From Gemmatimonadota bacterium (GTDB lineage Bacteria > JBHIER01 > G020348925): 64,000 bases of DNA. Where the stretch lies: positions 886,469-950,468 of the forward strand of contig CP070758.1 in assembly GCA_020348925.1 (NCBI GenBank), in the 5' to 3' direction. The position numbers were made by a program, and so were the translations under genes. Below are positions 41,792 through 52,750 of the stretch, one piece after another. How positions within the stretch are numbered: position 1 is the stretch's first letter; each line of letters opens with the position of its first letter. The notes beneath the pieces were generated by a model. That model was given only the letters and a program-made list of their open reading frames with translations. It was not told the DNA's origin and did no database searches.

Positions 41792-42697
41792 TCATGCCCT
41801 TGGATGGGCTTGATCGTACACTTTTTTCAAACGGTCCAGCGTAACATGTGTATACACTTGCGTTGTCGAGAGGCTCACGTGACCGAGCAACTCCTTGACG
41901 GCCTTCAGGTCCGCCCCGGCATCGAGCATATGCGTGGCGAAGGTGTGTCGCAGCACATGGGGACTCACCTTCTGAACGTGAGAAACGAGCCTCAAGTATT
42001 TTTCGACTATTTTCTGTACACTCCGAGCCGACAGGCGACCACCGTTCCGATTGAGAAAGAGTGCCTCGCTGGTGCCCTGTGAACCCTCTTGTCTGAAAAG
42101 TTCATGGCGCTTCTCCTGGTACGCTCTCAGAGCTTCAAGCGCCTTTCTCCCCACCGGTACAATTCTCTGCTTCCTCCCCTTTCCTATCACTTTGACTATT
42201 TCACCGACAGGATCAATGGACGATATGTTCAACCCGATAAGTTCGGTCAGCCGAATACCGGTGCTGTATAACAATTCGAGGATGGCTGCGTCGCGGAGTC
42301 CCAAAATGTCACTTCGATTCGGAAGCTCCATGGCCCTGGAGGCTTGAACAACATCCAGAAAGGAGGGCAATGCCTTTTCGATTTTCGGAGTGGACAGATG
42401 GGCTGCTGGATTAAATTCGATCACTCCTTCTCGACACAGATATTTCAGGAAGGATCTGATACACGCCAACTTTCGTGCAATCGATTTCTTCGTCAGCCCC
42501 TCCTTCTGAAGCCAGGCCAAAAAATGGCGCACCGCCAACTTATCAATATCCTTTGGTCGAATCCTGTCCGTTGCAAGTTGCTCTTCCAGAAAAGCGTCGA
42601 ATTGAGCCAGGTCAATCTCGTACGCTCTCACCGTATTTTCAGAAAAATTTCGCTCGAATGTCAAATAGAGAAGATATTTCTTCATATGTTTTTTCAC
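41792..42697 (-). CDS. xerC: Tyrosine recombinase XerC
   Basis: RDAAILELLYSTGIR, GKGRKQR, SPHVLRHTFATH, LLGH...TTQVYT; sits between topA and hslV. Confidence 0.9.
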   Translation of the reverse strand: MKKHMKKYLLYLTFERNFSENTVRAYEIDLAQFDAFLEEQLATDRIRPKDIDKLAVRHFLAWLQKEGLTKKSIARKLACIRSFLKYLCREGVIEFNPAAHLSTPKIEKALPSFLDVVQASRAMELPNRSDILGLRDAAILELLYSTGIRLTELIGLNISSIDPVGEIVKVIGKGRKQRIVPVGRKALEALRAYQEKRHELFRQEGSQGTSEALFLNRNGGRLSARSVQKIVEKYLRLVSHVQKVSPHVLRHTFATHMLDAGADLKAVKELLGHVSLSTTQVYTHVTLDRLKKVYDQAHPRA

Positions 42698-42759
42698 GAT
42701 ATTCGTTCGCAGGTTTCGGGAGAGACACAGCCAAAGATGCAACACAGGTGATGTCTCTC

Positions 42760-44156
42760 TCAAGAATCGCTCTTGAGCTCACATTCCCCCTTGCATGCGG
42801 GACATTGAAGAAACTCCCCTCGGTCTTTCTTTTTTTTCACGACAAGATACGGGTTCTTGCAGAGGGAACACGTTTGGGCTACCGGCCGATCCCAGAGGGC
42901 GAAGGTGCAGGTGGGATAACGGCTGCATCCGTAAAAGATCTTTCCCTTTTTCGTTCTGCGCTCCGTGAGGAAGCCGTCGCAACCCTTTTGAGGACAAGAC
43001 ACGCCGATACTGATTGCACGAGTATAATCGCATTTCGGATAGGCTGAACATGCCAGAAAGCGACCGAAACGCCCGCTCCGGATTATCATTTTGGCCCCGC
43101 ACTTTTCGCACACTTCGTCCGTTTCCGATAGTTGATCCTTCTCATCCAATGATCGTGTATTCCGACATTCGGGAAATCCAGAGCACGCCATAAACCGTCC
43201 GTTTTTCCCCCATTTAATGACCATGTTGCGGCCACATTTCTGACACGTCTCTTCCGTCCATTCGATGGTCGATTCTTTTAATTCGCTCTTTTTATCGTTC
43301 GCCTCCTGTAAGGCGCGATTGAATGGTACATAAAAATTATCGACGACAGTAACCCACTGATCTTCACCTGCTTCGATGCGGTCCAGACCTTCCTCCATTT
43401 TGGCTGTAAACGCAACATCGAAAATATTGGGAAAATTTTTAACCAGAATTCTGTTCACGGTTATTCCCAAATCCGTCGCATACAAATGACGTTTTTCTAC
43501 AGTGACATACTTGCGGGTCTTGAGCGTACTGACAATTTGCGCGTACGTGCTCGGACGCCCAATTCCCTTTGCCTCGAGTTCTTTCACAAGGCTTGCCTCA
43601 GAATACCTCGGGGGTGGCTTCGTAAAATGCTGGTCAGGTGTCAGTCCGAGCAGCGCCAGCTCTTCACCCACGTTGAGAGGTGAAGGAATGTTCGTCTCGT
43701 CATCGCTTTTTTTATCGTCTGTGCCTTCTTCATAGACCATTGTGAAACCTCGAAAATGCACGACGGAACCCGAGGCTCGAAAAAGATAAGAATCAGCCCG
43801 AACGTCGACCGTGGTCATATTGAAAATGGCTGGTTTCATCTGTGAGGCAATACATCGGTTCCATATGAGTTCGTATAGCTTCAACAGATCCTCGGTTAAG
43901 AATTTCTTGAGTTTCTTCGGTGGACGGAACATAGAGGTAGGACGAATGGCCTCATGAGCTTCCTGAGCACCTTTCTTCGATTTGAATACATTCGGTTTCT
44001 CCGGGAGATAGTCCGCTCCATACATTTCAAAGATATAGTGCCGAACCGCCTCCAGAGCCTCATCGGCAATTCGAGTCGAGTCGGTTCGCATGTATGTTAT
44101 CAACCCCACACTGCCCTCAGAACCTATCTCAATACCCTCATAGAGCTGCTGGGCAA
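42760..44156 (-). CDS. topA: DNA topoisomerase I (5' part lost in gap)
   Basis: GLITYMRTDS, QEAHEAIRP, GIGRPSTY, C-terminal C4 zinc ribbons. Confidence 0.97.
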
Positions 44157-44256
44157 NNNNNNNNNNNNNNNNNNNNNNNNNNNNNNNNNNNNNNNNNNNN
44201 NNNNNNNNNNNNNNNNNNNNNNNNNNNNNNNNNNNNNNNNNNNNNNNNNNNNNNNN
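44157..44256. other. Assembly gap (100 N)
   Basis: N run. Confidence 1.
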
Positions 44257-45443
44257 ACGAGATCGCGTTGTACTCGACGCCGCGGCATCCGATAATTGTG
44301 CCCAATCCACCCAGTTCGCATTGCGAGCTGCCGCCCGGGTACAGTGATGTGGGCTTGTTGTCGATCGTGACAGTGACCTTTGAGATTTTGCCCGGAGCGC
44401 CGGCGGGTGAGTGTGCGGACATCTGGTACGGGACGGTGATTTTGGACGGGCTGCCGGACTGGGAGGGTCATCCCAAGGAGCCGCTGTGTTTGAAGTTTGA
44501 GGACAAGGGTCAGATCTGTTACGGTGGGTACATCGTGCCCAACAAGTGCGACGTGACGGGCTTGTCCGCTGCTCCGGATACGATGGTGACCCTGATGGAT
44601 CTGTTGGCCATCTTGAACCACATCACCGGAAAGAAGAGCCTGGGGTCGTTGGAGGACGTGTTTGATCCGACGACGCTGATCTGGGCGGCTGATGCCAATG
44701 GTGATGGGCTCGTCAACATCATCGATTTGATGAAGTGCATCAACCGGGCTGTGGGTGTGTGCGATCCCAAGGTGGCTGCCGCCGAAGTGGGCTTGGGCGA
44801 TGCGGTCGGAGTATCGGGCCGGACGGTGGCGGTGCCTGTGGATGTGACCTCGGAGCAGGATGTGGCCGGAGTGTTGCTGCGGTTCCGGTACGATCAGGAG
44901 GCCCTGTTTGCAGGCGAGGCCGAGTTGACGGACCGGGCAGCGGGCATGGATGTTGTCACCAAGGTGATCGGGGATGAGCTGGTGGTCTTTGTCTCCAGCA
45001 TGAGGGGCGAGGCCATTGAGGCCGGTGGGGGTTCTGTGGTGCGGGTACCTTTCACCCTGAGTGGCGATGTCTCCGAGGTGGGGATCGAGGTGGTTGAGCC
45101 TGTGGTCTTCACCGTGGATGAGGCCATTGTTTTCGGTCACGGCTCGATCTTTGTGGTTAAGTCAGAGGATCTGGTGCCGGCCGAGTACGGTCTGGCCCAG
45201 AACTACCCGAACCCGTTCAACCCGGTGACGTCGATCGCCTACAGTCTGCCTCAGGCGGCCAAGGTCAAGGTGTTTGTCTACAACACGTTGGGACAGGTTG
45301 TGGCCGAGCTGGTGGACGGTGATCAGGAGGCCGGCCATCATGTGGTCACATGGGACGCGGCGGATATGGCCAGCGGCGTCTACTTTTACCGGATCGAGGC
45401 CAACGACTTCACGGCTACCCGGAGGATGGTGCTGATGAAATAG
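44257..45443 (+). CDS. C-terminal part of a secreted modular protein: cohesin-like, dockerin, cohesin-like, FlgD/T9SS-like sorting domain
   Basis: CDVTG...VTLMDLLAILNHI...AADANGDGLVNIIDL (dockerin); V.VPV.V.....VAG...RFRYD...G.G.VV...F (cohesin-like); LAQNYPNPFNP...MVLMK. Confidence 0.88.
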
Positions 45444-45461
45444 TTGGGATGTAATAGAGAG

Positions 45462-45501
45462 AAAAAAGCCGCCCTGGTTTTGGGACCGGGGCGGCTTTTT
45501 T
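45462..45501 (+). terminator. Intrinsic (bidirectional) terminator
   Basis: aaaaaagccgccctggt-tttggg-accggggcggctttttt. Confidence 0.9.
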
Positions 45502-45761
45502 ATGTGGTCTCCGGTGTCCTATTGAACGTTTTCTATGGGAGAAGACTTTCGAAGTTTTGAAAACTTCACAGGTCCTGAGAAATGATGACGGTCCGCCGCG
45601 AAGTCGTCAAAAGGAGCGGCGCGGATATCGCAATCAAAAGGGAGAAATACTGTCATCTTCCGAGAGCACTAAGACTCCCAACATTCTGAAAAATATTGGG
45701 TTTTTTCAATTCACGTGGGAAGTGAATTCCAGCTCTGACATTAAAAAAGTGTAAAAAATAC

Positions 45762-45790
45762 TTGACAAAAAAATTCATAGGCCCTATATT
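45762..45790 (+). promoter_or_regulatory. Sigma70-like promoter about 300 bp upstream of the 46091 gene
   Basis: TTGACA-N17-TATATT. Confidence 0.7.
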
Positions 45791-46090
45791 GGATCCGATT
45801 TTGTCAGATGCCTTGTATCAAAAGGCGTTATATCGTTTTGTTTGGGAACAGTTGGAGAGCACGAGTACAAGAGTAAAAGAGAGAGTATTTCTGCATAAAA
45901 ACGTTTGATTTTTGAAAAACTTGCGTCGGCTTATTTTGGAAAGGGGGTGAAGCACAGAGAGAGTTTCTGAGGTGTTGTCAGGAGAATTCTAAAAACCTGG
46001 CTCGTGTTGTAATGCTTCTCTTACGCCGAGCCGGGGAAGATACAGCTCGTTCAACCTATTCACACTTTTTTATATCGAGGAGAAAGAACC

Positions 46091-48844
46091 GTGACAAAAA
46101 AAGTGAGTCTTTATCTAACTGTTGTGCTTCTTGTGGCGGGATCAGCTTGGACGCAGTACCCCACGAATCAACGAACACCCTGCTACCCTGCCTGCTGGGA
46201 CACGTGCTGCATAAACCATGATTTGGACGGGGATGCGGAGGACTTTCTGATAGGTCCTCCGGGTGATCCGGATCCGACGAACGACTGGTATGCCGTCGGT
46301 TTCTACAATCCCTGCGGCAGGGCCCGGCTGACGTCGGTCTCCTTCCAGTTTTACGATCCAGGATCGATTAACCTGTATGTCTTTTTGGGATTTGAGTCAC
46401 CGGGTCAACCGTGTCCGCCGTGTATCCCCCGCGATCCCGGGCAGCCGTGGCTGGAGGATCAGCTCTTGACCCAAGTTGGTGTGGAGCCCTTTATCGGCAA
46501 CTGGGAGTGGGAGAAACGCGACCTTCTGGAGAACTGCATCATCATTCCGGCCAAGCGATGTTTTTACGTTATGTGGCAGATCAACGATGTGCAGACGGCC
46601 AAGCCGAGAATTCTGGGCGATTACGGCCATTCGGAATCTTACTCCTGGTTCTACCACGCAGAGGCGGAGGACCCAGCTGGTAATGTGGTCGGCCAGTGGA
46701 AGTGTTTCCCCGGGTACGAGTACATGGTGGAGGTCTGCCTGGACTACACCCCTGAATGCGTCGAAATTAATAGGCCGTTCGGTGAGCCGGACATCACCTG
46801 GAGACATACCTATCGCGGTGAGTATCCCTGTATCTGCGACGACTACACGGTCGATGTTGCCTTTCATCCCATGCACGACTGCGTCTGTGAAGAACTTGCG
46901 CCCGGTGCACCAACTGGTTTTTGGGTTAGACTCGTTCAATTCTACGAGGCGCCCTGGGGCCTGTTCACCCTGCCGGCGGGTTGGCCGACCACTGAGCCTT
47001 TGGCCGGTCCTGTCGATTATCCTGTTCTGTGTGATGAAGAGGAACGGTTTCCACTATCGGTCAATTGTGAGTATCATCACCACCCAGATATGCTCAACTG
47101 GTGGGCCCGGAACATCTTCATCACCTGGTGGGGGAAGACGTGGATTTCGACACCTGTTGGGGGAGAATGTGTCAGAGATACGATGCGATACGCGCGGCGA
47201 TGCCGGATGACAATCTGGCCTGACGGGCCGTGGGACAAGGAGCCGGTCAGGTGGGGCTTGACGCCCATCACGATTCCTGTGTGGAACGATCATCCGGTGG
47301 AGATGAGTTATGAACTGCACGTGGAGATACCGGAGGAGCTCGAAGCCCAGGGCTGGCGCGCCGATCTGAGCGAGACGGCCTTCACTTTACCCCCCAGCCA
47401 ATTAATCCCTCCCCCTATAATTTCAATGAAGGATGTCTACCTGTCGGTCTGGCCTGATGGCCCTGAGCCTGAGGGGCCGGTCATGATCAAAGTGAAGGCC
47501 TTCAAGTGCACGGGCGAGTGGGGCGAGGTGGAGATCGAGTTCATGCCCTATCCGAAGCACTTCTACCTTTGGCCTGACGGTCGTCCGGTAGAGCCGGTGC
47601 ACGTCGAGAACATCCGCTGGAGCCCGCGGTATCCGTGCGAGAACATGCCCTACGATGTGTGGACCACAGTGGTCAACGACGGGCCCAACAGCGCCTATCC
47701 CAAGATCAGCTTCGGCCTGGCGCCGTGGGGGTTCTACTTCCCGCCCTTTGTGGATGCTGTCTACGATACGGTGCTGTGGGGCGGCATCGGCGGCTTCGCC
47801 AGCCAAATCGTAGCGCCGTATCATCACAAGATCCCGTGGTTTACGTACGAGGATCTGGAGTGCAACTACTATCAGCAGTACGCCCGGAACATCGTCATCG
47901 ACTATCCGGTGATACGCCGTCATTGCCCAGATCCCGATTTTCCAACCTGGTGGACGGTGGAGGATTCGACGACGGAATATTTGCGGGACTGCGAGCGGTG
48001 GATGTGGCCGAAGCACCGGTGGGTGAACGGGGATACGACCTGGAGGCCGGTGATCGTTCCGGTGCCTATACACAACGACGAGCCCTTTCCTGTTCTTTTC
48101 TGGATGTGGGTGGAGTCGGTGCCGGTTGCTCCCAGCGGTGAGGTGTGGGAGACAAGTTTTGATGGAGGGGCTCAAGAGATAGAGGTCGATGGCGTTCTCC
48201 CAGGGGAAGTGGAGGAGGTCAATCTGTCCATTATCCCCAAGGGGGATGGACCGCCCACTGCGTTGCCGGCCCACGTGGTGGTGGGCGCGGCGAAGTGGGA
48301 TTATTGGGGACTAGGACATCAACCTTGCTTCTATGACACCACTTTTGTTGACATCAAGTTCATGCCGTTCACAGGCATGTGTATCCGGGACACCTCCGGG
48401 ATCAGGGTCGGCTACAAGTATGCCGAGACCTGCGGTGGTCAGGATCCGACTCTGCTGCCCGGCGATCAGGTGGGTATCGGCCTGATGCTGGACAACGAGT
48501 ACCCGGTCTCGGCGGCGCAGATCGATCTGTGGTACGAGTCGGCCTACATGCGGGTGGTGGACGTGCAGACGACGACGCGGACTGCCGGCTTTGAGCTCGT
48601 GGAGCGGGAGTTGGCGCCAGGGACGCACGAGATCGCGTTGTACTCGACGCCGGCCCATCCGGTGATAATTCCGAACAATACGCCACCGATATCGCATTGC
48701 GAGCTGCCACCTGGGTACAATGATGTGGGCTTGCTGTCGATCGTGACGGTGACCTTTGAGATTTTGCCCGGAGCGCCGGCGGGTGCGTGTGCGGACATCT
48801 GGTACGGGACGGTGATCCTGGACGGGCTGCCGGACTGGGAGGGC
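46091..48844 (+). CDS. Secreted Cys/Trp/Pro-rich modular protein of unknown function ending in a cohesin-like domain (3' end truncated by gap)
   Basis: Signal MTKKVSLYLTVVLLVAGSAWT; core shared with the M6 protein; two internal repeats; last ~70 aa nearly identical to the start of the 44257 fragment. Confidence 0.88.
48627..48843 (+). repeat. Direct repeat of 44257-44467 (paralogous gene segment)
   Basis: acgagatcgcgttgtactcgacgccg...ggacgggctgccggactgggaggg at both contig ends, similar but not identical. Confidence 0.92.
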
Positions 48845-48944
48845 NNNNNNNNNNNNNNNNNNNNNNNNNNNNNNNNNNNNNNNNNNNNNNNNNNNNNNNN
48901 NNNNNNNNNNNNNNNNNNNNNNNNNNNNNNNNNNNNNNNNNNNN
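48845..48944. other. Assembly gap (100 N)
   Basis: N run. Confidence 1.
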
Positions 48945-49337
48945 AGGAAATGGATACAGACATAGCACTACTAGCAAATCACTAAAATAAAAAAGTGTTA
49001 TCTATTAACTTAAGTTGATAACAGTTAAGATTAAATTGTGAAAATATATAAAAAAAAACTTAAAAAAAAAGATAAAAAGGAACCTCTCCCCGACATATTT
49101 TCCTGATCTCCTGGTTTCTTCAAGAACGCTCATTCCGGCCCCGAAGTCTCGGGGAATCTTCTCGATTGATGCAACAGATCCTCTATTCAGATTGTCCGAC
49201 AGGCCTGGAAATGTCAGAGCAGGGTGTTGCGGAGGATGCCCTGGAATAAAGTTGAAGACCAAGGTTCATTTTAATTCCATAATTATATTTATGTTACGTT
49301 GAGTTTACGGAGATTTGCGAATGATCCGGAATCTCTC

Positions 49338-50867
49338 CTATCCTCTTTTGCTTCTTTTCCCTCTTCTCCGTTGGTGTTTCTCCTGAGGAGCGGGTTCCTT
49401 TGTGTCGGAAAGAATCGGCTCCGAAAGAAAATATCCGGAGATGAGCGCCATGAGAACGAGCACGAATAAGGATCCGATCATCCATAGGGGAAGATTGCCA
49501 CTCCGAAGGTTTTTATAAAACATGAAATCTGTGTGCCCTCTCAAAAGGAGCCTCATATTCAATAGAAGGAGGCTGAATTTCGGCTCCATTGTCAGCATGA
49601 TTCGAGCCTTCTCCGAACCAAACTGTCTTTCCATTGGTGCTTGAAAGTTCTGATAGTTCTGGCTCGCACCGATGATTTGAATGAGTATCGAGACCACAAG
49701 CACACCGATGAACAGAATTCGCAGACGTCTCTTTCCGGCCGAGAAGACTCTTTCGATAAAAAGTCCCATGGGGAGCACCATAAAGGCTGTCATGGGGAGG
49801 AGATACCGTTGCCCCCAGGCAGCACTGCCGGCGAATCCGTACGGTCCTCTGTTGGCATACAGCAGGGCATAAAAAACAAGGGCGACGCCAATGATTATCG
49901 CCGATCTCCTAAATTTTCTCCAGAAACCCTTCATTGAGATAAGACTGAATATGAGAACCGGATTGAGAAAGAATATACTTCTGTTGGGAATAATCCACAT
50001 TCCGGCCAATCCCAGGAGCAACTTTTTCAATTGAAAGTCACCCAATAATTTTGTCGAAGCCAAGCCCCGTTCCTCGACGACTTTGGTGTATCCCGTTTCC
50101 AGAATACTCCCAAATCTCAGAGAGTTGTACAGGGCAAAGAGTACGAGGAAGCCGAAAACAGGAAGGGCAAAGGCAGTTATATCTGACACTGTCTTCCGAA
50201 CGCTTCTCTCCTTTCCTGCAAATTCTTTCTTGAAAATGAGAAAGAGACCGACCAAAATACCTATGACGAAAAGGAACGAGTCCGGCCGCACGTGAGCGGC
50301 TGCCCCGCATAATCCTCCCAAGAACACAAGCCATTTGCGATCTCCGTTTTTCTCATACTTAAGGAAACAGAGAAAAATGGATAAAAACACCAAGGACGCT
50401 AAGGGATCGGGCATAAGAAACTTTGTATGAACCAAAGCCTGCGTGCCCAGGCTGTAAGCGAAAACAAGGAGCAATGAGGTTCGCATCGAATATCCCATTT
50501 CCCTCGCTACCAGCAACAACAAGAGCGACACAAAAGCGGTAATAATCCCATTTGTGAGAAGGGCCAATACTCCCGTACTCATCCCCATCGCTTTGGATAT
50601 GAGAACGAGAGGCACAGGTGAAAGCATAATAATCAATCCCTCATAGCTATAGTATTTTCCGTCTTTGCCCTGGGCCAATTCGTGAGTTATGCGCTCCGAG
50701 AAACCCCATTGCCTGTTTTCAACGAGATTCAGTGCCGTTCGAAAGGCAGTGAAATCCATCGATGTCGTGAAATGTCCAGGGGTTAACAGGACGAAGATGG
50801 ATAGTGTGAACAGTACCACAACAATGCACATCCGAGTGCGAACCAGAGGCTCTCTCTCTTGTGACAT
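49338..50867 (-). CDS. Polytopic membrane protein, GT-C (ArnT/PMT-like) glycosyltransferase
   Basis: Many TM segments; G.DG.YYS, YN..RFGS..ETGY, WG.RYLLP; start uncertain. Confidence 0.72.
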   Translation of the reverse strand: MSQEREPLVRTRMCIVVVLFTLSIFVLLTPGHFTTSMDFTAFRTALNLVENRQWGFSERITHELAQGKDGKYYSYEGLIIMLSPVPLVLISKAMGMSTGVLALLTNGIITAFVSLLLLLVAREMGYSMRTSLLLVFAYSLGTQALVHTKFLMPDPLASLVFLSIFLCFLKYEKNGDRKWLVFLGGLCGAAAHVRPDSFLFVIGILVGLFLIFKKEFAGKERSVRKTVSDITAFALPVFGFLVLFALYNSLRFGSILETGYTKVVEERGLASTKLLGDFQLKKLLLGLAGMWIIPNRSIFFLNPVLIFSLISMKGFWRKFRRSAIIIGVALVFYALLYANRGPYGFAGSAAWGQRYLLPMTAFMVLPMGLFIERVFSAGKRRLRILFIGVLVVSILIQIIGASQNYQNFQAPMERQFGSEKARIMLTMEPKFSLLLLNMRLLLRGHTDFMFYKNLRSGNLPLWMIGSLFVLVLMALISGYFLSEPILSDTKEPAPQEKHQRRRGKRSKRG

Positions 50868-50989
50868 GAGCGTTTGAATCCTTATGATGATAGCGCTACT
50901 CGATATTTTCACGGTATTGATGCCCGGCTGGTCCAGGCCAACATCCCGAAAAATTTCGAGAATACCGACTCGCCCGCTTCGGGGCGAGT

Positions 50990-52021
50990 CTAAGGCGTCG
51001 TATGGGATGCATGATCTTCAACTCCCGGTCGAAAAACCTCGCTCCTTTTCAGCTCTCGAAAAGACAAATTCCTCTTGAAGAAGAAAACGAAACCGAGCAC
51101 TGTCAGCGGAATATATTGCGACGCATGCAGGATGACGGCAAAGCCGAGAGACTGCGACTTCCCCACGGCAAAGAGCGAGAGAGCGCTTATGCAAAAAAAA
51201 TGATACGTCCCAATGGCACCCGGTGAGGATGGAATCAGATATCCGAAGCTTACAAAGATGAGTACGACTAACGAAGCGTGCCACGGGGCTCGAATGTTCA
51301 TAGTCCAGAAAATCGAAGAGACCACGAAGGCCGTAACACACCAAATGACCAATGAGAGAACAAAGGTGAAGATGACTCTCTTTGTCCCCCTCAATATCCG
51401 GAATCCCGTAACAAACCTCTCCATGAGAGAGATCACTTTCCCAGAAAAGGACGACGAAAAGAATCCCAAAAGCTTTCTCATGAACCGTAAAAATTGATCC
51501 TCTTTGTAAAGGAGCAATGCCAGACAGCCAATGATGATACAAAAAACGAGTCCGAGCACACTCCCGGCATGCCTGATCTCCGGCGAGAGGGGAAACAAAA
51601 GTGACAGACCGGCCAAAACGAACAGGAGAGATACTGTATCGTATACTCTCTCGACAATAATCGTGGCAAACACCTGGGCTCCGCTCATTTTTTCTCTGAG
51701 TATCAGGGCTCGCACAAATTCACCCGCTCGCGCCGGCAGAATATGATTGGCCATGGCTCCTATCATAATCACTTCAAAAAGTTCAGCGACGCGAAATCTT
51801 CTCAATGGTTTTAATATATATTGCCACCGTATGCTTCTGAACAGAAAAGCGAGCAGTGTGAAAAAAAGAGCGGGTAGGAGATAGATATATCGCGCCTGAG
51901 ACAGCGTCGTTCCGACCTGCTGAGGATCGACTTTTCTGATGATGAGAAACAGAAAAAGAAGGCTGATGAGGATCCCCATCCAGACTCTGAGTTTCCGCAC
52001 GATCTTCTTCCTACTTCGCAA
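50990..52021 (-). CDS. Lysylphosphatidylglycerol synthase TM-domain / putative glycolipid flippase (UPF0104-like)
   Basis: RSIRWQ, ANHILPARAGEFVR, TIIVERVYD, IPSSPGAIG. Confidence 0.88.
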   Translation of the reverse strand: MRSRKKIVRKLRVWMGILISLLFLFLIIRKVDPQQVGTTLSQARYIYLLPALFFTLLAFLFRSIRWQYILKPLRRFRVAELFEVIMIGAMANHILPARAGEFVRALILREKMSGAQVFATIIVERVYDTVSLLFVLAGLSLLFPLSPEIRHAGSVLGLVFCIIIGCLALLLYKEDQFLRFMRKLLGFFSSSFSGKVISLMERFVTGFRILRGTKRVIFTFVLSLVIWCVTAFVVSSIFWTMNIRAPWHASLVVLIFVSFGYLIPSSPGAIGTYHFFCISALSLFAVGKSQSLGFAVILHASQYIPLTVLGFVFFFKRNLSFRELKRSEVFRPGVEDHASHTTP

Positions 52022-52739
52022 AGGGATTCATAAAATACATCAATGGTTTTAACCGCTTCCACCAACCGATGAACGGTTTGACCTTTGTATACTTCCCGTA
52101 TGAGACGTTCGACGGATACAGTTTTGTAACCGGCACTTCTTTCACGTTGTAGTTCAATTTGAGCACCGCCAAATGGAGATAGTACTCTAATGGCTCATCC
52201 AACCAGCTCTGATGAATATTGATTCTCTTGTCCTGAAAAATGTGTGTTTTGTAAGCTCGAAAACCGTTCGTTGCATCCGTTGCCCAGAACCCGGTGACGA
52301 ACCGCACAAGAAACGGGTACACCCGTGTGGTTATTTTTCTGTGGAGCGGCATTTTCCCGAACTTGCCGCCCTTCAAATATCGAGAGCCCTGCACGTAATC
52401 ATAACCCTCCTTCAGTATGGGTTCCAATAATCGTGGAATCTCGGCAGGATTGTCCTTGTCATTGCCCGCCATAACGACAATAATATCATACCCGTTGGCG
52501 ACCGCGTAGTCAATACCGCTCCGTATAGCAGCCCCTATCCCTCTTCTCTTTTCATGGTGATACACTTTTGCCCCTTCACCTTCGGCTTCTCGCGGTGTGG
52601 CATCCGTCGAACCATCATTGATCACCAATATTTCATCCACAATTTCTTTGGGGATTTTTCGGACAACATGACCGATTTTTGTCTCTTCATTGAAGGCGGG
52701 AATCAAAGCGATTATTCTCTCAGGCACGGCTCTATCCAT
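52011..52739 (-). CDS. GT2 polyprenol-phosphate glycosyltransferase (DPM1-like)
   Basis: IPAFNEE, INDGSTDAT, GIGAAIRSG, VQGSRY, DATNGFRA. Confidence 0.9.
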   Translation of the reverse strand: MDRAVPERIIALIPAFNEETKIGHVVRKIPKEIVDEILVINDGSTDATPREAEGEGAKVYHHEKRRGIGAAIRSGIDYAVANGYDIIVVMAGNDKDNPAEIPRLLEPILKEGYDYVQGSRYLKGGKFGKMPLHRKITTRVYPFLVRFVTGFWATDATNGFRAYKTHIFQDKRINIHQSWLDEPLEYYLHLAVLKLNYNVKEVPVTKLYPSNVSYGKYTKVKPFIGWWKRLKPLMYFMNPFAK

Positions 52740-52750
52740 TGATGCGCATC

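Noticed and set aside
41792-42697. Tyrosine recombinase as a prophage or island integrase
   Set aside because: Its size, motifs and topA-xerC-hslVU context indicate housekeeping XerC.
44094-44310. ORF-track starts for topA (44310) and the 449-aa ORF (44094)
   Set aside because: Both cross the gap; both genes are truncated there.
44257-48844. Diversity-generating retroelement TR/VR pair
   Set aside because: Both copies are coding, the differences are not adenine-specific, and no reverse transcriptase is in the window.
48845-48985. C-terminus EMDTDIALLANH of the 964-aa ORF
   Set aside because: It belongs to an unrelated AT-rich contig end after the gap.
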